From a virus, in IMG/VR virus record IMGVR_UViG_3300045988_004183, positions 1 through 30,448 of that record: a DNA stretch of 30,448 nt, one strand, 5' to 3'. The position numbers and the translations under genes are program-made. The notes beneath the pieces are model-generated. The model was given only the letters and a program-made list of their open reading frames with translations. It was not told where the DNA came from and searched no databases. This document shows positions 22,980 to 30,448 of the stretch, piece after piece (positions within the stretch are counted from its first letter, which is position 1; the number at the start of each line of letters is the position of its first letter).

Positions 22980-25063
22980 GATTCCACCACCTCGTAATCC
23001 TCGTAGCATCGGCAGTTGGGATGTCCGTTCGGTGTTTGCATACTCTCGAAGTTGTTCACGTAGGTGCGCTCGCCGATTTCGACGCTGGCGTTCTCGGCCA
23101 TATACGTGTCATCCAATGCGATTCGCTTGCCTTCCATGTGGTTGCAGAATTCGCACACTTTGCCATCACCGGAAGTACGCCACACCTTGTCCAGTCGGAC
23201 GCCAAGAGTCTCACTGAGATTGCGGGCGCTGTACAAGCTGCCGAGCCTCTGCGATTGCACCGTCTCGCAGCGGGCAATGAGTTCGGCGTGATCGTTGCCT
23301 AATTGTTCGAGACGGTCGCGCAGCTGTTCGGCGTCCCACTGTTCCACGTCGGCCCGGTTCAACAGTTCGAGCACGTCATTCGTAATGGTCTTACTGGTGG
23401 ACTTGGCGATGCTCCGCAAGTGTTCCACGTATGCTTCACGCACGGTTGCGGGGAGTTCCGCCCAAAAGTAGAGTTGCCGCCAATCATCGGCGGTGTATCC
23501 CTCGACCTGCACGGCAATGGAGCTTTCCGGATGGACTTCCGCCCACGCTGTAATGACCTGTTCCAGCTCGTAGCCGGTACGGCGTGCGTAGGCGGCGAGG
23601 TTCTTCATCAACTCGTCTTCCACGTCGTTTATCCACTGGTCGCCGATATCCTCCAGATCATCGCGTAGCCCGTTCTGGGAGCGGCGTGCCATGCGGATTA
23701 CGCGGTTCACGTAGGTGCGAGTGGCGGGGAGGATACGGGTTTCGGTTGCCGTTTCCTGCGGTTTGATATTACGCGCATATCGTTTCGCGGCTACTGGGAT
23801 AGTCAGCGTCGGAGCCTGCTGGTGCAAGTCAAGACGCTTGTACGAGTCGGGGAGTCCGAGCGCGTCCACGGCTGATTCCAGACTGGCTCCCATGTTCAGG
23901 AGTTGGGTCAGCGAGTCGATACGTACTTTCTGGATGTCGGCCTGTACCTTCTCTACGTCGGTTTGGGACGGCAGGTTGAGATCGAACGTGATACCGTAGC
24001 CGAGTCCCCCGGTGATGCGGTCAAGTTCGAACTGCCATTTATCCCACACCGTCATACACAACGGTTTCAGCGTATTCTCGATGAACGCGCGTTCCGCCTG
24101 TTCGGCGTTGGCGTAGGTCTGCCCGTTATCGATGCCGCGAATAATATCCGGGACAGCGAGCGCGTTCGACAACCTGTTGTTTACCACGTCGTTCACGGTC
24201 TGCAAGTCCAGCGTATCGTTGGCGTTCTGGAACGGCACCCACACCAGCTTGCTCGTGGTGCTGGGTTTATGGGTCATTGGGTCAACCGGGATCATGTTGT
24301 AAACGATCCCGTTGTTGTTGCCTGCGCCTCGGAATGTGCTTTCGAGGCGTTCGCGGTTACGTTGGAAGTCTTCAGTGTTTTCCGAAACGATGCCGAGCAT
24401 TCCAGCCGGGACAGCGTTGTTGCCGAAGAAGCCACGCTCGTAGTCGGCGATCATATCGTCCACGTTCGCCCACTTCTTCACGGTCATGGCTGGTGCGATG
24501 CCGCGCGTCGGGTCGTTGGGGTGCTGGCTGTAGCTGAGAGCGATGGTTTCATCACGGGAGAATTCGTAGACTCGTTCGCCGTCGCCCAAGTCCATAGTGA
24601 CGCGATGGTACCAGTCCGAGCGGGAGGAATTATACTGTCGGCTGTTCGACGGTAGTAGCGTATAGCCGATGATGTTGTCGGCTGTAATGTCTCCGCCCGG
24701 CCCGTTAGATGTCCAGATAAGGATGTCCAAGTGGGATTGAGTGAGGATGGTGGCGCAAACGATCTTGAGGAATTCCAAGCATGAATACGTGTCGTTGGGC
24801 GCGTAGAGTGCGGCCAATGGTGCGGGAGCCGGGTCGATGCGCCTGTTCTCCGAGTCCACGGCGTAGGGGATTACCGTGCTGAACCGTTGTGCGATTGCGT
24901 TCACATACGGGAACACGTTATCGTAGGTGTCGTGCAGTGGAATGGTGTTGCCGCCCATCGGCTGCCAAATGTTCCCGCCCATCGGTGTGGGGGACATGCT
25001 GGGCGCATGGTTACGGTCGAACGCGCTCATAAAACCTTCACGGAGATTGTTCAGCAGGCTCAC
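22976..25063 (-). CDS. Portal protein fused to a MuF / SPP1 gp7-like minor head protein domain
   Basis: 695 aa. GTG start after GAGGAAAA. C-terminus has CEFCNHMEGK...NGHPNCRCY, the MuF-family signature. Confidence 0.7.
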   Translation of the reverse strand: MSLLNNLREGFMSAFDRNHAPSMSPTPMGGNIWQPMGGNTIPLHDTYDNVFPYVNAIAQRFSTVIPYAVDSENRRIDPAPAPLAALYAPNDTYSCLEFLKIVCATILTQSHLDILIWTSNGPGGDITADNIIGYTLLPSNSRQYNSSRSDWYHRVTMDLGDGERVYEFSRDETIALSYSQHPNDPTRGIAPAMTVKKWANVDDMIADYERGFFGNNAVPAGMLGIVSENTEDFQRNRERLESTFRGAGNNNGIVYNMIPVDPMTHKPSTTSKLVWVPFQNANDTLDLQTVNDVVNNRLSNALAVPDIIRGIDNGQTYANAEQAERAFIENTLKPLCMTVWDKWQFELDRITGGLGYGITFDLNLPSQTDVEKVQADIQKVRIDSLTQLLNMGASLESAVDALGLPDSYKRLDLHQQAPTLTIPVAAKRYARNIKPQETATETRILPATRTYVNRVIRMARRSQNGLRDDLEDIGDQWINDVEDELMKNLAAYARRTGYELEQVITAWAEVHPESSIAVQVEGYTADDWRQLYFWAELPATVREAYVEHLRSIAKSTSKTITNDVLELLNRADVEQWDAEQLRDRLEQLGNDHAELIARCETVQSQRLGSLYSARNLSETLGVRLDKVWRTSGDGKVCEFCNHMEGKRIALDDTYMAENASVEIGERTYVNNFESMQTPNGHPNCRCYEDYEVVES

Positions 25064-25126
25064 GGTTTTCCTCGATTCATAATAATAAATCCTATGTCTA
25101 GTCTACTGGGTGCAGAGTCTAAAGAG

Positions 25127-26512
25127 CTAGCAGACCGCTACGTCCCATGAGGGGAGTTGCAGCGGCTTGTAGTATGCGAGAAGGACGCTATCCGCTAGAT
25201 CGGGGCTTCCGGTCTGGTTCTCTGTTTTGTAATCTTTCTTCCGCTGCACTTCGCGTAGGTTCCGGTTGTTGATCATCCATTCACGGGTGCTGAGTTCCTG
25301 AAACAGTTCGGCTCGGTGTTCCAGACTCGGGTTGATGGTGATTTCCGGAAGCTGTTCGGCGAACTCGAACCATAGTTCCGAACTGACTGCCGGGTAACGG
25401 TCGGGGTGCTTGGGTTTGGCTCCGAAGTTGACGCCGTTCACTGGTTGGTTTCGGCTGCGGAGAATGTCCGTTACGCCTCCGCCTACGCCGGTATCGTCCA
25501 CGTTGATGATGCTTGGATGATGTGTTCCGGCAAGGGTGATTATGCGTTCCGCTGTTTCGACAAGACTGGTCTTGCTCCAGCTAACGAGGTCTACTAGGTG
25601 GCGTCCTTTTACGATGGCTACGGCGGTTCTGTCGGCTCCGTATCGGGCCACGTCAACGCCGAAGCTTACGCCGCCGTCTGTTTGCGGTTGGCGTTCGGTC
25701 GCGTCTGCGAGTTGCTGCCAGCTTATGATCTGGTTGATGGTTTTCTCGTATGGCATTCCTTCCCAGATGTGGGCGAAGTTTGGGTTGTTTCGTGATTCCT
25801 CGACCTGTCGCAGTATTTCTTCCGGGAGTATTCCGGCCTGTTCCGCGTCCCGCCATGTGGTGTGGTGGTGGGTGGTGCGCTGTTGGGTGAGCTGGCTGGG
25901 GTGGGTGACGAAACGTGTGGTTATCGCATCCTCCGGGGTCAGTGGGTTGCGGGTGAAGATGATGGTGCTGCCGTTCTTTCGGATGGTCGGCAGCAACACG
26001 TCTAGGCTGTGGTCGGTGATGAACTGGGCTTCCTCGATCCAGCACCTGTCCACGCCTTCGATGCCTTTTAGTGTGCTTTCGGGATCTTCGTGCAAGCCTT
26101 TGAACCAGAACACACTACCGTTCACGTGGGTTATTTGTTCGCGGGTGATGGTGAAGCCGGGAAGCTGATAGCGGTTGATGATGTCCGCTAGGAGCTGTTT
26201 GACGCTTTCCTGAATGCTGTTCTGGAATTCGCGGGTGCATAGGATGCGGGTGGGGTACATGCTGGCTTCGAGTGCTAGGGCTAGGGCGACGCTGGTGCTT
26301 TTCGCGCTCGAACGGCCTCCGCTGTAGTCGTAGTAGCGGTATGGTGGGTTGTCGCGGTCATGGAGGAAGAACAGTAGGTCTTCGTATGCTTTGGGGATTA
26401 CGAGGTTGAATGTTCCGTTTTGTTCCATAATGTGCGCGCGATTCTCAATAGGCTGGTCTTCACTCGAGGAAACCCGAGCCTTATTGAGAATAGTAGGCTC
26501 GGGTTTGTTCAC
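25127..26512 (-). CDS. terL: Terminase large subunit
   Basis: Walker A-like YSGGRSSAKST, WIEEA Walker B-like, and a C-terminal nuclease-sized domain. The GTG start overlaps the TerS stop (GTGA). ATG 26428 is an alternative start. Confidence 0.85.
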   Translation of the reverse strand: MNKPEPTILNKARVSSSEDQPIENRAHIMEQNGTFNLVIPKAYEDLLFFLHDRDNPPYRYYDYSGGRSSAKSTSVALALALEASMYPTRILCTREFQNSIQESVKQLLADIINRYQLPGFTITREQITHVNGSVFWFKGLHEDPESTLKGIEGVDRCWIEEAQFITDHSLDVLLPTIRKNGSTIIFTRNPLTPEDAITTRFVTHPSQLTQQRTTHHHTTWRDAEQAGILPEEILRQVEESRNNPNFAHIWEGMPYEKTINQIISWQQLADATERQPQTDGGVSFGVDVARYGADRTAVAIVKGRHLVDLVSWSKTSLVETAERIITLAGTHHPSIINVDDTGVGGGVTDILRSRNQPVNGVNFGAKPKHPDRYPAVSSELWFEFAEQLPEITINPSLEHRAELFQELSTREWMINNRNLREVQRKKDYKTENQTGSPDLADSVLLAYYKPLQLPSWDVAVC

Positions 26513-26883
26513 TTCACTGTGACGTTGATTGTTGGCGGCTCGTACATCTGCACCGTCTGGTCAACCTGTTGGCGTGGCATTCCCTCGGTACGGTTGGCGA
26601 TGTCCTGATAGGCGCGGAATGCTTTCTCACCGTCCTTCTTCGATTCGAGTACACGACGGAGGGCGATCTGTTCGGCTTGGGTCAGTTCGTCCATACGCTG
26701 CACCCATTCCGCGAGTTCCTCGTTCGTGAGTTCAAGGAATTGTTGGAGGTTGTATTTCACGCTGCCGCGTTTTGTCCATTTACGGCTGCGGTCTTGTGGG
26801 CGTTCTTGGAAGCCGCCTTTGCCGGTCGGGTTGTTGACGCCTCCGGTGATTCTGCCGTGGGCGTCTCTGGTTACGTTGCTCAT
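26509..26883 (-). CDS. terS: Terminase small subunit
   Basis: 124 aa directly upstream of TerL. Has an NPTGKGGF N-terminal motif and a helical DNA-binding-like core. Confidence 0.65.
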   Translation of the reverse strand: MSNVTRDAHGRITGGVNNPTGKGGFQERPQDRSRKWTKRGSVKYNLQQFLELTNEELAEWVQRMDELTQAEQIALRRVLESKKDGEKAFRAYQDIANRTEGMPRQQVDQTVQMYEPPTINVTVK

Positions 26884-26949
26884 AGGGGTATTTTATGCTT
26901 TCTTGAGTTTAGTTTGTTGTTAGTGTTGGTTGATTGGCATGATGGTTCC

Positions 26950-27108
26950 TTACGCGAGGATGTAGGTTATGAGGAGTTTGAGTAGGGCGATGGTGCCGGT
27001 GGTGATGAGGAGTACGGCTAGGGTGATGAGTAGGCCGCCGAGGATGCGGCCTAGCTTGTAGCCGGGTGTGGTGTTGCGGAAGTAGTCGAATTCGTTTGGT
27101 TTTTTCAT
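26950..27108 (-). CDS. Small membrane protein
   Basis: In frame with track ORF 26950..27198. ATG 27108 overlaps the RusA stop (ATGA). One long TM segment (LGGLLITLAVLLITTGTIALL). Confidence 0.5.
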   Translation of the reverse strand: MKKPNEFDYFRNTTPGYKLGRILGGLLITLAVLLITTGTIALLKLLITYILA

Positions 27109-27554
27109 TGGTTTGGTTTCCATGTGATTGTGAGGGATACGCCGGTGGCGGTGTTGTCGGCGTATCGTTTGTGGCTGGTTACGTCGGTGATCTGACAATC
27201 ATCGTGCCAGATGTGGGTTTCGGTTATGGCGTCGTATAGGGCGCGTTGGAGTTTGTCTATGTCTGGTTTGACTGTGGGGTGTTTTCGTTTTCTGGGTGGG
27301 ATGGTTTTGGGTCTGGGTAGGTAGAACGTGGTTTCTACGGTCACGTATGAGTCGTGGGGGATGGTGGGTGTGCGGTGGCTTAGGATGGTGTCGCGCACGT
27401 GGTCACGCCACGGGCGTTCCTTTTTGTCCATTGGTATGAGGCGGGTTACGGGTTTGCCGGTGGTTCGGCTCCTGCCGGTGATTGGCCGGTAGGAGCCTTT
27501 ACTGGCTGGTATGCCGGGAATGAACAGGCTGAATGCGTATGGTTCGCCGGTCAT
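27105..27554 (-). CDS. rusA: RusA-like Holliday junction resolvase
   Basis: ATG 27554 (ATGA overlap). KPDIDKLQRALYDAITETHIWHDDCQI matches the RusA D-x-D-N/K...DD block. Confidence 0.75.
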   Translation of the reverse strand: MTGEPYAFSLFIPGIPASKGSYRPITGRSRTTGKPVTRLIPMDKKERPWRDHVRDTILSHRTPTIPHDSYVTVETTFYLPRPKTIPPRKRKHPTVKPDIDKLQRALYDAITETHIWHDDCQITDVTSHKRYADNTATGVSLTITWKPNQ

Positions 27555-28162
27555 TGGTTGATCTCCTCCAGATCGAATGTCGGTTGCGTCTCCGCCTTGA
27601 GTTTGAGCGTGCGCAGTATGTCGGCACGGTTGCTTTGATGCTTGTAGGCTAGTTGGTTTTGGCCGACGTATTTGAATCGTTGACCGCAATTATGGCAGAA
27701 GAGCGGGTCAGGGGTGTTCTTGTAGATTTTGAGAATTCGTCGGTAATATTCGGCGTCGTTTTCGTGTTGCCCGTTGATGCAGCGCTGTGTGGTGTCTGGC
27801 CAGATCAACGCTCCGCAACGTGGGCAGTATGAGACGGGTGGGATGCCGTCCACGGGTTTCGGACTGGCGGTGATGAACTTCATGGGCGTCCAGAAGTCGC
27901 CGGTTTTGCTGAGCATGTCACGGTAGTTTTTCACGAGGCCTATGAGGTCGAATGATTCAGCGGTGAGACAGCTTTCGAGGATGTCGAATTCGTCCATACT
28001 GTTGACGAACGCATAACGTTCCAGCAGGTAGAGTAGGGCTACCGGGATGCTGTTGAGTTCGTTCGCGTCCTCGTAGTCATAGAGGGTTATGGTGGTGTCT
28101 TCGCGTTCATCTTCCGGGCAGTTCTGCCACACCTTGACGTAGGCACGTTTCGTGAATTTCAT
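27551..28162 (-). CDS. Hypothetical protein with two CxxC pairs (zinc ribbon)
   Basis: Track ORF. AAGGAGTAATC-ATG. Contains CPRCG...CHNCG. Confidence 0.65.
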   Translation of the reverse strand: MKFTKRAYVKVWQNCPEDEREDTTITLYDYEDANELNSIPVALLYLLERYAFVNSMDEFDILESCLTAESFDLIGLVKNYRDMLSKTGDFWTPMKFITASPKPVDGIPPVSYCPRCGALIWPDTTQRCINGQHENDAEYYRRILKIYKNTPDPLFCHNCGQRFKYVGQNQLAYKHQSNRADILRTLKLKAETQPTFDLEEINQ

Positions 28163-28171
28163 GATTACTCC

Positions 28172-28261
28172 TTAACTGATCGTGAATATGATGATAGGGG
28201 CGACGCACAGGCAGACCGTCAACGTGACCGCGAACAGGATTCCAAACGGGTTGTGTTTCAT
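28172..28261 (-). CDS. Very small hydrophobic peptide (29 aa)
   Basis: Hand-translated: MKHNPFGILFAVTLTVCLCVAPIIIFTIS*. ATGA overlap with the upstream stop. Below the track cutoff. Confidence 0.35.
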   Translation of the reverse strand: MKHNPFGILFAVTLTVCLCVAPIIIFTIS

Positions 28262-28566
28262 TCGATGGTCTCCTTGTACGGGTTGTCAGTGGTATATTTC
28301 GGAAAGTCGCATTCTTGGTCTTTCCATCCGGCTGCGTAGCCTTCCTGCCATGCCTTGCGGCGTTCGTGTTCCAACCATTCCAAACTGCACATGGTTTCCG
28401 GTTTATCGTGTTTCATGATTTCTCCTTGTTGAGTCGTTTCGCCATCTGGCAGGCTCGTTGGTCTGGCGTGGCGGTTTCCTTGTTGCGGCTGGGCTATGAT
28501 GTCCAATGCTTCCGCGATCTCCACCAAGTCCGGTGGGGGCCAAGGAAGAATTCCAACATCTTCCAT
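28258..28566 (-). CDS. Hypothetical protein
   Basis: In frame with track ORF 28258..28770. ATG 28566 overlaps the upstream stop. An internal ATG at 28416 with a strong AAGGAGAAATC SD is an alternative start. Confidence 0.5.
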   Translation of the reverse strand: MEDVGILPWPPPDLVEIAEALDIIAQPQQGNRHARPTSLPDGETTQQGEIMKHDKPETMCSLEWLEHERRKAWQEGYAAGWKDQECDFPKYTTDNPYKETIE

Positions 28567-28739
28567 CACATGCTCCCGAATCGCTTGTAGAATTCGCTGT
28601 CGGTCATGCCATACAGCGGATCCATGCCTGTCTGCTTGCGCGCGGCCAGCTTGAATCCGCAGTACGGGCATGTGACGTAGTAGGTGCCGACAGTCTCGCC
28701 GCAGTGGGCGCATTCCACGTATCGGATCGTCTTGCTCAT
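28566..28739 (-). CDS. Small zinc-ribbon protein (57 aa)
   Basis: Hand-translated: MSKTIRYVECAHCGETVGTYYVTCPYCGFKLAARKQ...*. ATGA overlap with the MazG-like stop. Below the track cutoff. Confidence 0.55.
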   Translation of the reverse strand: MSKTIRYVECAHCGETVGTYYVTCPYCGFKLAARKQTGMDPLYGMTDSEFYKRFGSM

Positions 28740-29047
28740 TCCGCGTCCTCGCCTTCCAGGAATGGGTCATCGGCCTGCATTCGCTCGTATTGCCTTGCCG
28801 TCTTGCGCGCGGTCCATTCTTCCAACTGCTCGTCGGTGATGCCGTACATTTCCTTGAGCATGTGCAGGCAGATGGTCACGTCGGCCATTTCCTCCGCAAG
28901 ATTGTCGATAGCACCGGGCTTGCCGCGTAGGCGCTTGCTGATGGCTTGGATGAGTTCGCCGCATTCCTCCATGCACACGATGCTTTGTATCTCCTTGCCG
29001 TATTTTCTGATGCTTTCACGCCAGACAACTTGCTTATCCTTGTTCAT
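28736..29047 (-). CDS. MazG-like nucleoside triphosphate pyrophosphohydrolase
   Basis: ATG 29047 (ATGA overlap). CMEECGELIQAI and LAEEMADVTICL are the EExxE/ExxD helix pair of the all-alpha NTP-PPase fold. Confidence 0.7.
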   Translation of the reverse strand: MNKDKQVVWRESIRKYGKEIQSIVCMEECGELIQAISKRLRGKPGAIDNLAEEMADVTICLHMLKEMYGITDEQLEEWTARKTARQYERMQADDPFLEGEDAE

Positions 29048-29298
29048 CGGCTTACCGCCTTTACATTCGCGTCCTCGCTTTGATTCGGCACTTCGGACGG
29101 CATGGAGCCGGAATAGCCGAGCATGGAACGGCAAAGCTCTAGCATTTCATGGAATGCGTTAACTTGGCCGTCATAGAAGTCTCGGTCGCTCTTTCTGCGG
29201 ACATCGAATCTGGAAAGTCCGGCTTCATGACAGCGACTTTTCGCCCAGTCGATGATCTCGTTGAGCGTCTTGTCTTTCTCGGTCACGTTCACTGCCAT
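29044..29298 (-). CDS. Hypothetical protein
   Basis: Track ORF. Starts directly after the SSB stop. Confidence 0.6.
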   Translation of the reverse strand: MAVNVTEKDKTLNEIIDWAKSRCHEAGLSRFDVRRKSDRDFYDGQVNAFHEMLELCRSMLGYSGSMPSEVPNQSEDANVKAVSR

Positions 29299-29754
29299 TT
29301 AGAACACGCCCCATTCGTCGCCGGTCTGGTTGAACGAGCTGGTCGGGTCGAACGTGTCGGTTCTCGGCCACTGGTTGCCGGACTGCTGGTCTTGCTGAGC
29401 CTGCTGATTCTTCGCCTTGAGCATGGCGAGACTAATGGTCGCGTGTTCGATGATGAAGTCAGTGCGAGGCTGACCTTGGTTGTCGGTACCGGTCTTCCAT
29501 TTCAGGACGCCCTCGACCAGTACCGGTGTGCCTTTGCGCAACATGCGTTCGTAGGTTTCCGCCAGTCTCATGTCATACTCGAAGATGGTCGCCCACATGG
29601 TGTCGTGGTCCACCCATTGCTTCGTGTTTTTGTCCATGTGGCCTCCGGTGGCGGCGACTCGGATAAGCAGGTAGGGGGTGCCGTTGCGGGCTTGTTTGCG
29701 TTGGGGGTCTGCCGCCAAGCGTGCGAGCGGTAGCGTGATTCTTGGGTCATTCAT
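29299..29754 (-). CDS. ssb: Single-stranded DNA-binding protein
   Basis: OB-fold-like N-terminus (LARLAADPQRK...YLLIRVAA...PVLVEGVLKWK), Q/G-rich linker and acidic-aromatic tail DEWGVF. Confidence 0.8.
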   Translation of the reverse strand: MNDPRITLPLARLAADPQRKQARNGTPYLLIRVAATGGHMDKNTKQWVDHDTMWATIFEYDMRLAETYERMLRKGTPVLVEGVLKWKTGTDNQGQPRTDFIIEHATISLAMLKAKNQQAQQDQQSGNQWPRTDTFDPTSSFNQTGDEWGVF

Positions 29755-29929
29755 CGTTGATTGTTTCCCCTACCGGTAGTGGTGTGATGTCGAGGTTGAA
29801 GTAGTAGCGGTGGCCTACCTTGATGTAAGGCAGTCGTTTCTCACGGCAGTATCTACGGACGGTCTGGATGTTGAGGTGCCAGCGTTCCGCGTACTGCTCC
29901 ACCGTTGCGGTGTAGTCTTTAGCGTTCAT
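29747..29929 (-). CDS. Excisionase/AlpA-type HTH (HTH_17-like) DNA-binding protein
   Basis: 60 aa. YAERWHLNIQTVRRYCREKRLPYIKVGHRYYF fits the MerR-like Xis/AlpA pattern. First gene of the - arm. Confidence 0.65.
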   Translation of the reverse strand: MNAKDYTATVEQYAERWHLNIQTVRRYCREKRLPYIKVGHRYYFNLDITPLPVGETINDE

Positions 29930-29959
29930 AATTAAAAATATACATTATATTGTACTCGA

Positions 29960-29988
29960 TTGCAAGTGGTGTCGTCGTAATATATAAT
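29960..29988 (+). promoter_or_regulatory. Promoter for the replication gene (P_rep)
   Basis: -35 TTGCAA (29960-29965), 17-bp spacer, -10 TATAAT (29983-29988), within an AT-rich divergent control region. Confidence 0.6.
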
Positions 29989-30043
29989 AAATATATACGC
30001 AAAAAAAATAGCGTCAAGTAGAAGTCGAATACGGTCAAATAAA

Positions 30044-30072
30044 GTTAGCGCCTCCCCAAGAGAGGCGCTAAC
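30044..30072. other. Perfect 11-bp stem-loop in the rep leader
   Basis: GTTAGCGCCTC-cccaaga-GAGGCGCTAAC ends 2 nt before the rep SD (AGAAAGGTGG). On the - strand it is followed by TTTATTT, which is terminator-like. Confidence 0.6.
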
Positions 30073-30087
30073 AGAAAGGTGGAAAAT

Positions 30088-30448
30088 ATGTCCGATACGA
30101 GTATAGCACAGAACACTGGTTTTTCGATGCTGCCGAATTGGGCGGTGGACGATGACCGGTTGGGCGGCTACGACCTGCTGGTGTACATGGCGCTGATACG
30201 CCACGCCGACAACACCGGCATATGCTGGCCGAGCTTGGAACGGCTGGCGAAGATAGCGCGTTGCTCACAACCCACGGTATCCAAGAGCCTCAACAGGCTT
30301 GAGCAACTGGGGTACATTCGACGGGTCAAGGCCGAAGGCAGGGCCAACCGGTATCACGTCTCGTTGTGGCAGCCGACCCCAAAACAGGGTTATGACCCTG
30401 TACCGACCCCAAAACCTGCTTTTGACCCCTCAAAACCTGCTTTTGACC
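30088..30448 (+). CDS. Replication initiator / replisome organiser, N-terminal winged-HTH part (continues at 1..582)
   Basis: ATG 30088 follows AAAGGTGG. FSMLPNWAVDD...LLVYMALIRHADNTGICWPSLERLAKIARCSQPTVSKSLNRLEQLGYIRR is the HTH_36-type fold of phage replication proteins. The ORF is open to the window end. Confidence 0.8.
   Translation, partial: MSDTSIAQNTGFSMLPNWAVDDDRLGGYDLLVYMALIRHADNTGICWPSLERLAKIARCSQPTVSKSLNRLEQLGYIRRVKAEGRANRYHVSLWQPTPKQGYDPVPTPKPAFDPSKPAFD
30375..30448. repeat. Iteron array, left portion (30394-30448 duplicates bases 1-55)
   Basis: GACCCCAAAACAGGGTTAT (30375-30393) is followed by the same iterons as at 12-55. ACAGGGT-tatg-ACCCTGT forms a small hairpin. Confidence 0.7.

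Overview
The window is a complete, circularly closed dsDNA tailed-phage genome with a siphovirus-like gene set. Bases 1-55 are identical to 30394-30448, and one ORF reads straight through that junction, so the unique length is about 30,393 bp.

Two divergent transcription arms leave an AT-rich control region at about 29930-30087.

- The + arm runs 30088 -> 1 -> 8745. It carries a replication initiator with internal iterons, a DUF488 protein, a tRNA, a Dam-like methyltransferase, a ParB-like nuclease-domain protein, an ERF/YqaJ-type recombination pair, HTH regulators and an HNH endonuclease.
- The - arm runs 29929 -> 8841. It carries an Xis-type HTH, SSB, MazG-like and RusA-like genes, TerS/TerL, a portal-MuF fusion, a protease-capsid fusion, a collagen-like protein, head-tail joining genes, the major tail protein, chaperones, the tape measure, Dit/Tal, two fibre genes and a GH25-3xLysM lysis cassette.
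- The arms converge on a hairpin terminator at 8757-8791.

I found no integrase, invertase, reverse transcriptase or CRISPR array. Gene content and style (LysM endolysin, tightly coupled ATGA/TAATG junctions, moderately GC-rich by eye) suggest a Gram-positive, probably actinobacterial, host. That host call is inference.

The most interesting signal is a perfect 26-bp inverted repeat pair at 10882-10907 and 11682-11707. It brackets the 3' end of a tail-fibre/RBP gene and a convergent opposite-strand ORF. This is the layout of a Mu G / P1 C-type invertible host-range segment, but the genome encodes no recombinase.

Other notable items:
- a family of near-consensus extended -10 promoters carrying TGTGATAT/ATATCACA palindromes
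- a duplicated 5'-leader hairpin
- an origin embedded in the replication gene
- an atypical tRNA-Arg(UCG)

All calls come from reading the sequence and the ORF track by eye. No database search was run.
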